From the NCBI GenBank assembly GCA_051362555.1, contig CM120640.1:25716225-25780224 (forward strand): a stretch of 64,000 bases of DNA, read 5' to 3'. The translations under genes and the position numbers were made by a program. The first letter of the stretch is position 1. Each line of letters starts with the position of its first letter. Below the pieces are notes generated by a model, which worked only from the letters and a program-made list of their open reading frames with translations, searched no databases and had not been told where the DNA came from. This DNA comes from Lingula anatina (Eukaryota > Animalia > Brachiopoda). This document shows positions 11,502 through 25,726 of this stretch, in pieces.

Positions 11502-14044
11502 GGCTTAAACCACGGCCTCTGATTGGCTACTACACTAGTAGTGCAACAGACCGGGGAACGCACTCGTACATGACGTGCTTGTATGTCGAATACAGCACGG
11601 TCGAGTCTTTTGTTCTACGCGCTAGCCGTGGTTTAAGGAAAATAACAAGAACGGCTGTACAGAATACATTATTTCATTGTCCAGAAAATCTCTTTTCAAA
11701 TGTATTCACTCATTCCCAATATATAGGACCGTTTACAACAACAGAGAAGTGAAAAAGGAAGCTAAAGATATATTCGCAAATTCTACTTTTTCTGTATCTC
11801 TGGTGACAGAAAGTGATAAATGAGTTTTGTGTTAATCATTTTAAATTTTAAAAATTCATGCCTTGCTTGTATAGAAAATTTTCGTATTTAGTAACGAGTA
11901 TCGTTAGTAACGAGTTTTAAAAATAACAACCCTTTTGGATATTATTCGCACGTTATTACTACTAACAAAATTTAAAGTGCGCTGAAGGGATGGTACGAGA
12001 TATAAGTTCATTTTACTGGCATAGTTCGTCCTCAACCTCGAGTATTCTTTTCACAATGCCTGGTAACTAAGATTTTGCAAACTACTTTCTGTGAGAACGC
12101 AGTTATGCTGCGTTTCGTGTAAAACATTTGACTGTGCCCTGTCACCATATATCGTCTTGCTAAAAGTGGATGTAACTGAACTGAGGATTGTATTAATGGT
12201 TAAAATATTGCAAAAACATCAAACACAAAAACGACCTACGCTATAAAAGATGTTACGAAGTTTTTTTTTTTAATTTTCAATAACCCAGAGACACCGCGAA
12301 AGTAGCCTCAATTTGTTTATTCATAAACATTCTAGACGTTTTCTGAGACTTCAGACATCTTACTCGCTTCCTGACAAGTTGCAGATTTTCTAGATTTTCT
12401 ACTTAGTAAAAAAGACTACATCGATTGGAGAATGTGAGATGGTGCTGCGAGCGACAGTAACGAAAGTTTGAATTTAAGTTCATTTATTTTTATTTTTTCG
12501 TGGTAGAACAGATTAATCTAGTAATTATTATTTTTACTTTTGAAGTTGCTACACTGATGTTAGTTAAGTTCCACTTGGACAAAATTCTTCCGGTCGCTAT
12601 ATCTTAATAAAATGAAAAAAAGAAAAAGAAAGAAAAAACGGTAAATGGACCTGTATATTGAGAATGAGTGATTACATGAATGACCATTTACCTGTTAAAA
12701 CGTCTTTCTGCATGTAATTACTTCAAATAGTCACTATTACCTAATGTTCTCTCTGTTGCTATTTTAATATGATTCCAAAAAGAATTTATAACATACGACC
12801 CATAGAAAACCTATCAGTCTGTTTGACAAAGTGCACGCAGGTGGGGAACCACTTGAATGAACAGATTAAACTTTACAAATATCATCAACGTCGTATGGTT
12901 GAAAGGGAGGGTAGCAGCGCAAGCAGAGGTTGCATGGGACAGACCAAAGTGGGGGGAGATCTGAGTCTCGCCCAAGCCCTTTGCTCAATGAGAATCAAAT
13001 ATAACTGGCAAAAAGTTAATACAGTAAAGTAAATACAGAGAGAACATGGGGAATGGGTGGAGCAAAGTGGTCTTTTTTGATAACCTGCACACCCTTTTGA
13101 TGCAAAGGGAGGAGGGATGTTATTTAAAAACAAGGCAGCAAAGCTGTCAAATGTACAGACAAAAAGCAAAAGAAAAGAAGAAAAATATGCTTCGTATAAG
13201 CTGTGTAATATCATATAGGTTATTTCATCATTTTGGCTTTCTACTTTTTTACTTCTCACCCCAACCCCTGAACCCGTTAAAAGCTAAAAGTATACTTTTT
13301 TATTTTGGTTATTAGAGACTCAGTCTTCTGATAAAATGTACAATGTCCTCTTCGTTGTATGCTTTTTGTTAATCTTTTTTAAAATAAAAGACCATTTGGG
13401 TAATTGTAGGAGATGTAGGATATCAAAACGTGACTTTTTTTATTCTATATCCAACTAATTAAAGAAATTGAAAGAAGGAAAGAGAAATTGTAGTTTACCC
13501 TGCCATTTCAAAGGAGGGGGTCATTTCCTGGAAAAGATGACCTTTTACCATGAAACCCCCGTGTTCGACCCCCTCTTTCCGGCTACAGACCTGTTTATTA
13601 GGTAATTAAACAACACAAAAGATCACAGGAGCTGAGGGAGGTTACTCCCTACCTCCCCCCCCCCCCTCCACACACACACACACACACACGCGCGCGCGCG
13701 AAAGTTTTTTTTAACCATGCCAGTTCTGAACTGTGAAAAGGGGAACTATGGGTCGCTGCATGCCATCTTCTTTCAAGCAAATATAAGAAATGGTTAAAAT
13801 ATCTAGGCAATTGTAAAAAGTAACTAAAACATTTTAATTTAAAAATCACACCAGGCATATCATCTTTTCGTTATCCTTTCTCCTTGCAAAATCAAAGCAA
13901 CCAAAAAAATGGACAACTCCACATAAACGTTTATAGCAAAAATGTATTACCACTTTATCTTTATTGTCATCATCTGTGAAACAAGATATGAAATGAAAGT
14001 TTTTTCAAAGTGCAGTGTGGATCAGTGTATATTGTAGATAAGTG

Positions 14045-14322
14045 TGTGACGAAGCTATTGGCTTGTCTTCGTCATGTTACGCGAGGTAGCAAATACAACT
14101 CAGATATTATCTTTCTTATCATTTATTGAACTACTGTCCAGTTATTACCCGCGCCGCTTCCTTCATTTCTATTCCTACCTCATGCAATCTGTAGCGGCCT
14201 TCTCCCTGTTTACACTAAGCGCAGTTGTATAAATACCATAAGAGCATGTCAATCAACTTACGTTACTCTACTAAACACTCCCCGCTCTTATTCGCTGCAT
14301 GCTGTCAATTACTAACGTTACA
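14045..14322 (-). repeat. 3' LTR (278 bp)
   Basis: Direct repeat of 18479-18757; on the minus strand it is preceded by purine-rich GGGAGATAA (weak PPT). Confidence 0.92.
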
Positions 14323-17300
14323 TTATCTCCCGGGGACGATATGCCTGTCCCTAGGCATATTTAAAATTAAAATATACATTAATGAAAAATAAAATTTCTT
14401 AAACACTGCATTTGTCTTTTATCATAAATTCATGCAAAACAAAACTAAGTACATAAATATTCTATAATAAACTTACGATAAGATAGAAATTCATTTGACA
14501 TGAAACCCCAAATATAACTTAAAGGAAGATAGATTGATAAATTTTTATGAAAATATTATTTTTCGTGGATGTGCATTTACATGTTGTAATGTGCGGCCCA
14601 AGAGTACAGATACTTTTTATTTGTTTTCTCCGAGCGGATGTTTAAATCTGTTACTCTCTTATTATGGCTCTGACACATTTTTCTACAGTTTCTCTCTTTT
14701 TCTTGGTTGTCATTTTAGATATAGTAGGAATTCACTACGTGAGACAATAGGGTTGGCCACCCCCAGTCGAATATAAACAACATTCACCACACAACGTTGC
14801 GACCAGCGCATCGTCGATGACGAAGTACCTGTTCATCTTCATATTTATCCACACGGTAGCGTTCTCTTTTGATGGCTATAAGAGAAACAATCGTTTTATA
14901 TCAAACCCAATCCACGATTGAACAAAAACGTACCGAAAAATAATAAAGTAAGAATCTTCCTTAATGCATATCATCAGTTTCACGTCATCATCTTTATAAA
15001 AGTTAGGTACACTGTTCCTATACCAATACCTGTATAGTTAAATATCAATAACTAATAACTATAAGACCGACAGGCTGAATAAAGATATACTTCTCATAAG
15101 TCACGTACTTAATATTCAATACACAATATTTAACATTTTCTTATAACCACATGCAATAACATTTGACGCAAAGTTAACTCGTAAAATTTAAAGTTCATAT
15201 CCACTCAAATGAAAAATTCCATTTGGTATAGTCCGTTATATCCTCCATTTTTGAATTTTTAGCACGAAAGTTCAGTTATCATATAATGTCAAATCCGTCC
15301 TTCTAGACAGTACATAGCGATTGTCATCTGCCACTCATTGTATATGGATAAACGTCTTATTCGCGCACGTTGGCATACATGTAGATAAATGTTCACAGTT
15401 TCCTGTATATCCACGAATGTCCATGTCCAGCGTTTACGAATATATCCAAAATGAATGAAGCAGAAATGCATGTCAAGAAAAACTTAACTACGTATATTAT
15501 AACAATCATCATCAAACTTGAATACAGTCACATTTAACAGGCAAGATTTTAACTTGACATAGTATTAATCATCCAAAATATTATGATAACAATAAAACAT
15601 ATATGGAACCATGCTAATAATACGATAATTTTTCCAACAATAATACTTATGCTAATAATGAAAATAATAATAACGCAATCTGGCGTCCCAGATGCTAGTA
15701 TTTATATGACGTCATTCGCACACTTTTATACCTCAACTCCACATATTCAGTTATCCATAACCACATTGACATCCGTCACATCTTAATCATTTTATTCATC
15801 ACAATATATCAAATAATATCCAAATATGGCCATTTATCCTTGCAACATTTATTCTCATTAAATAATTTGTTCCACTCGATCTTTTGATTGCCAATATAAC
15901 CACATTATCAACTGACAAGATCATTTTAAGAAGATCGTTGAAATGCCAGTGATTAGGACTTTAATTAAGGCAATTTATCGAGAAACTATTCTCCAATTTT
16001 ATTCTTCGCAACTCAAAAACATAATTTTATTGAAGGGACTTCCAATAACGTAGATTAATCATAATCTTAATATTTGCTTGTCACCTTCAAAGGTGCATGC
16101 GCACTATCGGCGATGTTTGACATTGCAAGGGGGTAGTGGGCGAAACAGAAGGGGTATTCTTATGAAAAGAATAATGATTCATTATCTGAAATTACGCAGA
16201 CTGTAAGGCCAGAGCCCTAAACCGAAAAAGGTGCAATAATAATAAGTATTGCCTGAAATTAAAGTGAATGCCATTTAAGCGTTATATCCTGTAAAAGAAA
16301 TTAAAAACTCATTATGATGTATATTAAAATTACAAGGATAGACGAAAAACGAAAAATTAATTCGCTGCCTGGCTAACCTGAAAAAAAAACCTATTTTATC
16401 AATATTGATTAGTGCAACATTTTTGTTCAAGTCAACAACAAAATATTTCCAAATGCATTTCTCCGTCTTGTCACGAATTTTTCAACAGTGAAGTGAGATA
16501 TCTCAGCTGTTGGCATCTCTTCAAACATTCCGCAACCTGTAAAATTCTTAAGGTTCAATAGATGCATAAAATGTAAACGGAAATGAATTTACTTAATAAA
16601 CATAAGACGTATCAAAAGATGGATAATGTTTACATTTATCTAAATTAGCAGGTATCGGAAAATATAAGACATACAAAATATATTCACCAAACAAATTTTA
16701 CGTGTTGTTTTATAACAAGTCTACAACCAATTCAAATTATTTCTTTAATCAATACTCACGCTTACTTACGTGAATCTTTTACGGATTCCGAGGGAAAATG
16801 AGGGACAAATATATCGCCATTGAACTCCTAATAGTATTGTCCTAGAAAAGACTTAGCGTACATGTTTAAAAAACAAACGTTAATGGCATTGAAATTTAAG
16901 AGCATCTTTTAATATTTTCTATAAAAAAGTTTAATGACATCACTTTAAAATAGTCTTTTTATAAATATCTTAATTCTATCCAATTAGAATTTAACTTTGT
17001 CACGTCTGCTACTCACATCTTGCTGTCTGTTTTAAACAGGTGTGTTCTATCTCATTGACACACGACTTAATATATTTTCTTCTTTTCCTTTACTCTTATG
17101 TTATTCCTTTTAATGTCGCTTCGTTTAGTTTTTAATTGGATCCCTAATATTCTAACCAAAAGGGAATCCATTTACACTAAATAAGATACTGTGCTTCCAA
17201 CTTTTTATCTGACGCGACCTCGTAAGGCTTCTACTTTAAATAATTCATCAGTGGTCTGGGACAAATTCGCTTGTCCTGCAGTCTCATTTTCTCGTTTTTC

Positions 17301-18463
17301 TTCATTTTTCTTTTTTTTTTTTTTCACTCTCTTTGTTTATGGGCAAAGTTAGCAACGAAGCCCTGGAGTTATTTTGGAGGAACTTTCCTTGTCAAACATT
17401 CAACACAAGAACGAACATAATGACATCTGTAAATGACCTTATCTAAAAAATACTTCGTGTGCGTAATAGTAACTACGTGTTTTGAATAACCTTATGACCG
17501 ATTGCGTTGTCGTGTAAACTAGACAAAACTTTGTACTCTAACTTGTCTGAAAAACAAGTTGCAAAGAACCTCCTGGGTGGGGTGATTTTCTGCCATCAAT
17601 TATCACGTTATCTCCTATCTCTAACAACAAGAAGCCAAGCGCCTTTGCAACTAAGTAGAAGTTCGTCTAATGTCAAGTATGTGATAATTGACGCAAAATT
17701 CTTATCTTTACGTTGGACTTTTTAAAACAATTCCTCTTTAAAACAAATGCCTCGCAATCTTGACATTTTGGCCACGTCATATTTTTGTCACCTTTCTCTA
17801 AATGTTAAAAGCATTCCAGACCTTTAAATTCGTAGCCACTCTGTTTTAAATTAAAGTAAAGTACTTGTGCCGAGATAGTGTCTAACATATGTATTCTGTT
17901 CAAACATGCATCATTAAAAAACTATGCAGGGTTTTATGTTTTTCTAAGTCTTATTCTTCAACGTTTCCCTCATGGTAAGGGCGGCGGCTAATCGCGTCTA
18001 CATTCGCGAGGTGTTTACCTTTACTCTGCTTAATTGAAATCTGTTAGGGGATAAATTCAATAACCAATAATTCATTACTTCTAGAAATTAGAATACATTC
18101 AAATAGGCATGGAATTCTGGCACTACCTTACACTTAATCAACGCGAAACTACATGTTTATGACCTCTTCTCGCGCAATGAAACTATTCAGATAATGCTAA
18201 GTTTGCATTCCTCAGCCTTCGTGAAATTATGTTTACCTCACTAAGGCAATATTTGAAATTGTGGCTGGCTACCATAAAGTCATCGAAATATCGCAAAAAA
18301 CATTTTCTAAAATAATCGTTCAAAGCAATTGTCTTACCTTCCATTTTATGTTTGCCCAATTCCAATCTCTCATCTAGATACTTTGTGTTCGCCTGCGTAT
18401 TCTCGTCCGGTGATCGTTCTCTCTCTTTCCGACAAGACTCATGATGTCAAATATTTATATTTT

Positions 18464-18476
18464 GCATCCTCCACCA
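18464..18476 (-). promoter_or_regulatory. Primer binding site complementary to tRNA-Ala 3' end
   Basis: Plus strand GCATCCTCCACCA equals the 3' end of metazoan tRNA-Ala(AGC) including CCA, and lies 2 nt from the LTR. Confidence 0.8.
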
Positions 18477-18478
18477 TT

Positions 18479-18757
18479 TGTGACGAAGCTATTGGCTTGT
18501 CTTCGTCATGTTACGCGAGGTAGCAAAATACAACTCAGATATTATCTTTCTTATCATTTATTGAACTACTGTCCAGTTATTACCCGCGCCGCTTCCTTCA
18601 TTTCTATTCCTACCTCATGCAATCTGTAGCGGCCTTCTCCCTGTTTACACTAAGCGCAGTTGTATAAATACCATAAGAGCATGTCAATCAACTTACGTTA
18701 CTCTACTAAACACTCCCCGCTCTTATTCGCTGCATGCTGTCAATTACTAACGTTACA
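18479..18757 (-). repeat. 5' LTR (279 bp)
   Basis: Direct repeat of 14045-14322, adjacent to the PBS. Confidence 0.92.
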
Positions 18758-20165
18758 AGTGTTCCAGTGTACGCGGACAAGGTCGTTCAATGATGGCCTG
18801 GGGCAGGTTAGTAAACTTCAAGTTGATATCATGTCAACAAGATGCAAGGACACTGTCAATCATAATTAGGGGAGAGGCATGCGTGTTTTCCCTTCAAAAA
18901 CTATTATAGCCTAACATTGATTCTTCCCTCCGAAGTAATTGTGTGATTTTTTTCTTTTTAAACAAAAAAGTTAAGGTATGAAAACGCTGAATGTATTTCA
19001 AACGTAGGTGTATATACAATAAAAATAATGAAATCTGTGTCTCACTCTCACACGACACCCCCGCGTCCAAACTGACAGGATGGTGGCGACAGCAACGCCC
19101 CCAGTCGACAGTCTAAGATTGGAAGTCTATGAGCGATAGACTAATTAATGCCAAATTTCCGCATGACAACGATTTATAGACTCCCGGGAATTATTTTCCC
19201 TCACCGCTCTTTGTCGCGCTGGCGGTCAATGCAGCATTTATTTCAAAACAAGTTGACCGCAAATTAAGCACGATTTTGCACCTTCAAGTTCCGTGTCACG
19301 TTTTCATATCATGCATCTTTTATTTCTACAAGTATTCTCTGCCCAAAATGCGTAAAAAAAGAGAGTTATCTTACTAGGTTGTTTAGAAAACTTCTTTTTC
19401 CTCCGACTACACGTCTTCTCTCCCGTTCACCTCCAGGTTAAAATGACCACTCAGCTTCGCTTCTAACACCACTACACGTCACTTCCGGGCACAATCAGTC
19501 TTCTCCGATTCCCTCCATATAGTCAGGGTTAGTTTGACCTAAGTAGGTCAAAATCTAGGGCGAGGCTCACTTGTACAAATGAATGGGAAGCGGACTCTCT
19601 GTCATGGGGGACTTTCTGGTACATGTCACCGGTGATGGCACAGAAATGGGAAAATTCTTGGTTTTGTCTAGTTTTGCTTGCATTATACATTTATATAAAA
19701 TCTGATTCTCAAGATAAATGCAATCGGCAAGTATTATGCTACAGGGATGGGAGTGAGGTGTTCTTAAGAATAAAAAAATTGGGCCTTAATTCCCTCAGCA
19801 AATGTAAAATAGTGCCAGTAGATAAGGACAATAATGGCACAAGGATGGAAAAAATCTTGGTTTTGTCTAGTTTTGCTTGCTATATGCATTTATATAAAAA
19901 TTGGGCCTCAATTCCCACAGCAAAAAAAAAAAAAAAAATAGTGCCAGTAGATAAGGATAACAATGGCACAGGAATGGGAAAAAACTAGTTTTTTTCTCGT
20001 TTTACTTGTGTTATAGTCAAGAACATATACATTTATACACAATGTACCCCTTCGTTAACATTAAGAGGTGTTGGGTTCTTAAATCTACAGTGGGATTTAT
20101 TTAAGTAAGATAGTTACTTCTCTAATTTGACTCAGGAAAGTCTAGGTAACGGCTCGAGTTATTCC

Positions 20166-20318
20166 TGGGGCTCCGTAAGTTAAAAGCATCGCGTATTGCG
20201 AACGGCGATATCACATAGAGGCTACAGTGTATTACATGGGGCGAGCATGGGCAAGTAATGGAATCGAGACGCTTGCGCTCGGTCGCAATGCGCGCTGCTT
20301 TCGAGTTACGGGGCCCGG
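20166..20318. mobile_element. Short imperfect inverted-repeat element (MITE-like)
   Basis: GGGGCTCCGTAAGTTAAAAGCATCGCGTATTGCG ... CGCAATGCGCGCTGCTTTCGAGTTACGGGGCCCGG. Confidence 0.5.
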
Positions 20319-23300
20319 GAGAGCAAAGTAACGCAGCACCACAGCTTTGTATCCAAAAACCAAAATTCAACTCATTACCTGGACATCGGCTAGTTTTATG
20401 GAAGAAATTGGAGTGACAGAAATAGTGACGAGATTGTAAAAGTTTAAGTGAGAGGCGAAAGAGGATGATTTCTACTAATGATTAAACGAGCATACATGCG
20501 AGTCCATTTAAATTTATTTGCAAGTCTCGCTTTTTTTAGCGATCTGTACACGACCACTTTTTTTACAAAAAAAAAAAAAAAAAAAAGAAAGAAAGAAAAT
20601 TATAGAATATTTTTTATTCAACTATTATGTACAATTTTGAATATTTACAGTTGATTTAAAAAGGACTAATAATCAGTAATGAACTACGTAAACGCAATGA
20701 ATTAATACATAGCAGTATTATCAAAAGTTCTAAGATTTTCCATCGTCTTCATCTAGCGTCGGAACGCACACAGTCCGATAATGCAGGTCTTGTGGTCGGA
20801 AACTGGTACCAGATGCACTCGGGTCGTGGGGAAAAACCCGTCTAAACCCTTCGTGGGGAATGGCGGGAAAGTGCCCACCCCGGATAATTCGGTCCTTATA
20901 ACATGACGAAATCGGTTTCTATTGGCACGGCGCTGCGTACAGTTCAAGAATCGTCCCGACTAACTATTCTCTATATATACTATACACGAGGTGAAGCATA
21001 AAAACTTATTAAAGTAATTCTTACAGAAAAAGGCACTGAAGCCAATAAAAAACTAACAAGAGACATAACAAACAGAATCATTTTGACCATCTTGGAGAAT
21101 TAAAACCATAAATAAAGTTAATCATTTTACAACTGCAAGCATCTTTCAAAACTTGATTATAGTTCTCTTTATGATAAAATGCAAACAGATTCAAGTAATA
21201 TGATTATAACTCGGGAATATCAATGATTTCAACTAAACTTTGATATATAATTCGACTTAAAATACCAGGTTTCTAAAATGCAACTTTGCACTGAAATCGC
21301 AACTACCTGCATGATACAAGTACAGAATAAAGCAAGCTTGCTTCAAAATATTTCGGATCTCACATTACACTGTATGACCGCCCATGTAAATTTCAATCTG
21401 AATTTTTTTGATCCGGAGAAAAGGTGCATATATGATGAAGTGGATGTATTTGTCAAGTATAACACTTGAGAAAATCTGAATATTAGTAATGTGATCTCTA
21501 TCTTGAGAGATGACAGCATCTCTCAAGAAGAGCAGACTGTACAAAAAATATAATGAAATATTTTCTCACTCGTAAAATATTTCATTACAGATTTTGCACA
21601 ATCTATCAATGTAAAATCTCTTCATGAAAAAGCGTTTACATGAAGTCAGATTTTACAAAGATGTGAGGGTTTGTTAGTAAGGTTAGTGTGCAGGTTAAGA
21701 CCTTTTCAAATGCCATACTGACAAACAACTCCACATCATCAAAAGCACAAATTTGAAAAATGACCATCTCAGATTGAAACAAAACACAGACGACCACAAG
21801 TGGTGGGAATGTTTTTGTGAGCAAAAAACTATCTGCATTCAGAATGTGGATAAAGCTACTCTATATTCAAATTTATTAATATAATAATTATAGCAACTGT
21901 AGAGGTAGACTTTTCCTACAGAAGCACACATCTTATTCAATTGATCTTGTATGGAATGAAGAATTATCTTGAACCTCAGTTTTCTCTTCTGTTATTGAAA
22001 TAAAATGGTTCACTGCATAAGGCATAAAATACAAATGAAATTTGATGCAATTTCACCTTGACATGTTTGTGACCCATGAACCCCAAATATTCTCAGCATC
22101 CAAAAGACTGATACATTATTAGACTGTATTCCCACTACATTCAGTACTGTATATTGCCTTCATTACCATTCCACATTCTTTATATTTGTTTGCAGAACAA
22201 GCCGTGTCCTTCAACACCAAAACTCGTGGGACGTCCGAGCATCCATGAAAGTGTCCACAGGGCTCCTTGCTAACGCTGTACAGTGTTCAACATCTTGGAC
22301 ATTTGGTCTTGGGTCGACGTTATCTGACATCATGCAGGCATAATTATTGGAAAACTCCCAATTCGTAGCCTACAAATGAAATCCAACTTTTACTCAAAAG
22401 TATGAAAAGCTATATCGAAAGTTTGCAGTAACTGCAACAAAGAAAGTATATCACTGGTATTTACACACCGTTAACATTAATGAAAAGCTTGGTTCTTAAA
22501 ATGATCAGATCGTTATTTCCAAATGTACAGTGAAATATGCTTCCTTTATTGAAATATATATATTAACTTTTTAGAGTAAGTAGACAGCAGTCTTCCAAAA
22601 ATAAATTATTTCAAACATTTGACAAAAAAGTAAGAAAAGATGTTGCTATATTGAATATTGTAATGTTAGCCTACATGTTAAATTGTCGACTGTCTGTGCT
22701 ACTTCTAATTCTACTGTTTGTTTACATAGGATATAGTTTTTGATCACTGTCAATAATAAGAAATGCTATAATACACCAATAATAATACTTAAAAAATTCA
22801 GAACCACTTTTCTTAAGTTGTTGATCCCCAATAACTTACAAAGTTATCTGTATAAAGATTCCTCAATCCTGAAGAAGTGTTTCATCTGGAGGTTTGGTAG
22901 TTGCAATCTTCATTTTTAGAATCCACCACTTTTGGTAGCCTGCAAATTTAAATTATTACTTCAAAATGTAATAAAAGTCAACCATTTGTATATGAAATGT
23001 GTTTTTAAAGTTTCAGCAGTTTGATGGGAAATAAATATAAAAAGTACTTTTGTCACAAACTTGGAAAAAACATTCAAGCGAAATATTTTGACATGCCACT
23101 GGCGACCTTCAGACTTAATGTCACAATGGGGTATTGCACAAATTAGTTTTAACGAAGGAAAAGGAACACTAACAGCATTTAAACGACTCTACTCAAAGAC
23201 AAGTTTAAGTAAAGCCTGAACAATCTAGATCCAGCGGGAGGAGTGTACTAGTATTCCATCAAGTGTTTAATTCGTGAAGGATTTATATGGGAGAGACAAA

Positions 23301-23622
23301 GAGAAAGTTGAACGTTAGAGTTAAAGAACACGGGAAGGAATAAGAAAGGGTACCCGAAGAGGGAAAAATACACTACAGCCCAAGGTAGCCTTCTGCTACA
23401 ACGAACCATCACAAAAAAACATTGATTGGGAGAGTGCCAAGATTCTACAAAAAGAAAGTGACTGGAGAACAAGAGGCGTAAAGGGAGGCATATAAACCAG
23501 GAAAATGCCTAACAATCTGAACAATATAGAGAGATGGAAATAAATAATCACTTCTACGGTGGCCTTTTATTACCACAACCACAGCACTGGAGGTGGGGGT
23601 GGTAGCTGCTAGTATACAATTT

Positions 23623-24271
23623 CTGGACCAGTGACAACGTCCCGGAGTCACATTGGTGGTGGGTGTTGGGGGCGGTAGCTCCAAGTAATCTGGACCAGTA
23701 ACCACGCCCTGGAGTCACATTGGTGGTAGTGGTGGGTGGTGGGGGCGGTAGCTCCAAGTAATCTGGACCACTGACCACGCCTCGGAGTCACATTGTTGGT
23801 GGTGGGTGGTGGGGGCGGTAGCTCCAAGTAATCTGGACCAGTGACCACGCCCCGGAATCACATTGGTGGCGGTGGGTGGTGGGGGCCGTAGCTCCAAGTA
23901 ATCTGGACCAGTGACCACGCCCCGGAGTCACATTGGTGGCGGTGGGTGGTGGGGGCGGTAGCTCCAAGTAATCTGGACCAGTGACCACGCCCCGGAATCA
24001 CATTGGTGGCGGTGGGTGGTGGGGGCCGTAGCTCCAAGTAATCTGGACCAGTGACCACGCCCCGGAGTCACATTGGTGGCGGTGGGTGTTGGGGGCGGTA
24101 GCTCCAAGTAATCTGGACCAGTGACCACACCCCGGAGTCACATTGGTGGTGGTGGGTGGTGGGGGCGGTAGCTCCAAGTAATCTGGACCAGTGACCACAC
24201 CTCGGAGTCACATTGGTGGTGGTGGGTGGTGGGGGCGGTAGCTCCAAGTAATCTGGACCAGTGACAACGTC
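23623..24271. repeat. 70-bp tandem repeat, ~9 copies, G-rich on the + strand
   Basis: CTGGACCAGTGACCACGCCCCGGAGTCACATTGGTGGCGGTGGGTGGTGGGGGCGGTAGCTCCAAGTAAT starting at 23623, 23690, 23763, 23833 ... 24253. Confidence 0.95.
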
Positions 24272-25726
24272 CTGCAGAATATTGAGACTGTTGAGGATCT
24301 GAAAGTTGACGAATGGCATGTCAAAATATTTTGTATGAATGATAAGGTTTTTCCACATCTGTGACAAATTAAAAGAGCTTTTTACCTGTGAAAAATGAGC
24401 ACTGAATTTGCTAGAGTAAATTGTAAATAGAAAACAAATGCCTGCACCGAGTGACAGGTCCCAAACATTCTTAAAACAATTGTCTAAGACCTTGCACAAA
24501 ATGCTCAGTTTGTTGGAGTTGCACTGATAAAAGATTTGTATTATCTATACAATGAATGACAATCTAGTTCATTTACCCTTATCTTGTCCCATAACTTACC
24601 TTGAATGCTCTCTAATCACAACTACTGAAGGGCTCTTGAAACACTATATGATATAGCTGACATGGCTTTCTCCATTTTAGCCTTGTTAACCTTGTTAAAA
24701 TGGACCGTCATCAGGACAGGCGCTCGCCAATGCTATCTGCCTCAACTACAAAATAAAAAATTATAAGTCAAAAGTTTCCCTCTTTACTTCTCCCACCCAA
24801 ATCCAATCTACTAACCATAAATATCTTAATCCTAGGAGTGGGTCATGGGTAAAAGACATTGCCTTCTGAATGTGAGCTATCAAATTAATGTGGCTAACGG
24901 TTTTTAGTTTTTCAAGGTATGAAAAATCACTTAAGTGTTTTGTTTTCCCCCAAAAACATGAGTGATATGTACCTTTTAAGGCTTGATAGGTTTCCATCTC
25001 TGTGAAACGCCATATGCTTCTGATGCTCCCCCATGCAGCCCCCTAACATACAGACCATGGCAGGACTCAACCATGCACCAAGGATTGAATGTGACCCTCT
25101 TCTTGCACCTCTTTCAAAAAAGCGGCTTTATCAGGAATTGCCCTAATTGAGTTCTGTAAATAGAAAGGAAAATTTGATTAGTTTTCAAAAATTGTATATC
25201 AAAAGCAGTCTGCAGCCAGAAAAATTGTTGGAATCGGTAGATTTCCAGAATGTGTCAATTTGGTGACATGGCTGTTAGATTTTTTCTATAAGTATGAAGA
25301 AGAGCTTTTGATTTATTTTAAATGTAACTGTTACATCATGATTCGAGAAAAATGTCAAGGTCTTGTTAATACAAATATTAATGCAATCCAGTCTAGTCCT
25401 ATTGAACTTTGTATTCGAACCAGTGAATCAAGATTCAGACATCTATATCTAGTTTTTAGGAAAGAAGGTGGACTGAATGGCCAGTAGGGTGAAAAGTTTA
25501 TGGCACAGACTGCTGCTGAAAAATTAATTTTAGTGTATTGTTCTCGCCAGTAACACGGGTTACCTTGCAGGTTTTTCCGCCTCAGTGAAACACCATATGC
25601 TTCAGACGCTTCTCCAATGCAGCCTCTTCAACAGACCGTGGCAGGACTCACTGGCACCAAGGATTGAGGGATGTATCGGAAGTGTGCAGGTGGCCCTCTT
25701 CTCCTTGCAGTTGCCATGAAACGTTG

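Larger units (their letters stand above)
14045..18757 (-). mobile_element. Non-autonomous Gypsy/Ty3 LTR retrotransposon, recent insertion
   Basis: LTRs 14045-14322 and 18479-18757 (TGT...ACA) differ by one A; 4-bp TSD AGTG at 14041-14044 and 18758-18761; PBS TGGTGGAGGATGC next to the 5' LTR. Decayed pol remnants in Gypsy order: RT (CFLRYFDDFMVAS ~18300), RNase H end (KGKHLANVDAISRRP ~17980-18030), possible chromodomain (ELFKVEAL...SYLV-KW ~17170-17250). Confidence 0.92.

Noticed and set aside
14760-14880. Second chromodomain-like peptide (YEDEQVLRHRR...WGWP) in the LTR interior
   Set aside because: Short, contains a stop, and similarity is too weak to call by eye.
20750-20990. GC-rich segment as a tRNA/SINE or terminus of a large transposon enclosing 21-29 kb
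   Set aside because: No convincing cloverleaf or A/B boxes, and no matching inverted or direct terminus found near 29-30 kb.
23445-24499. Series of Pro/Thr-rich ORFs resembling mucin or extensin
   Set aside because: The 70-bp unit shifts frame each copy and hits a stop every three units, so there is no continuous protein.
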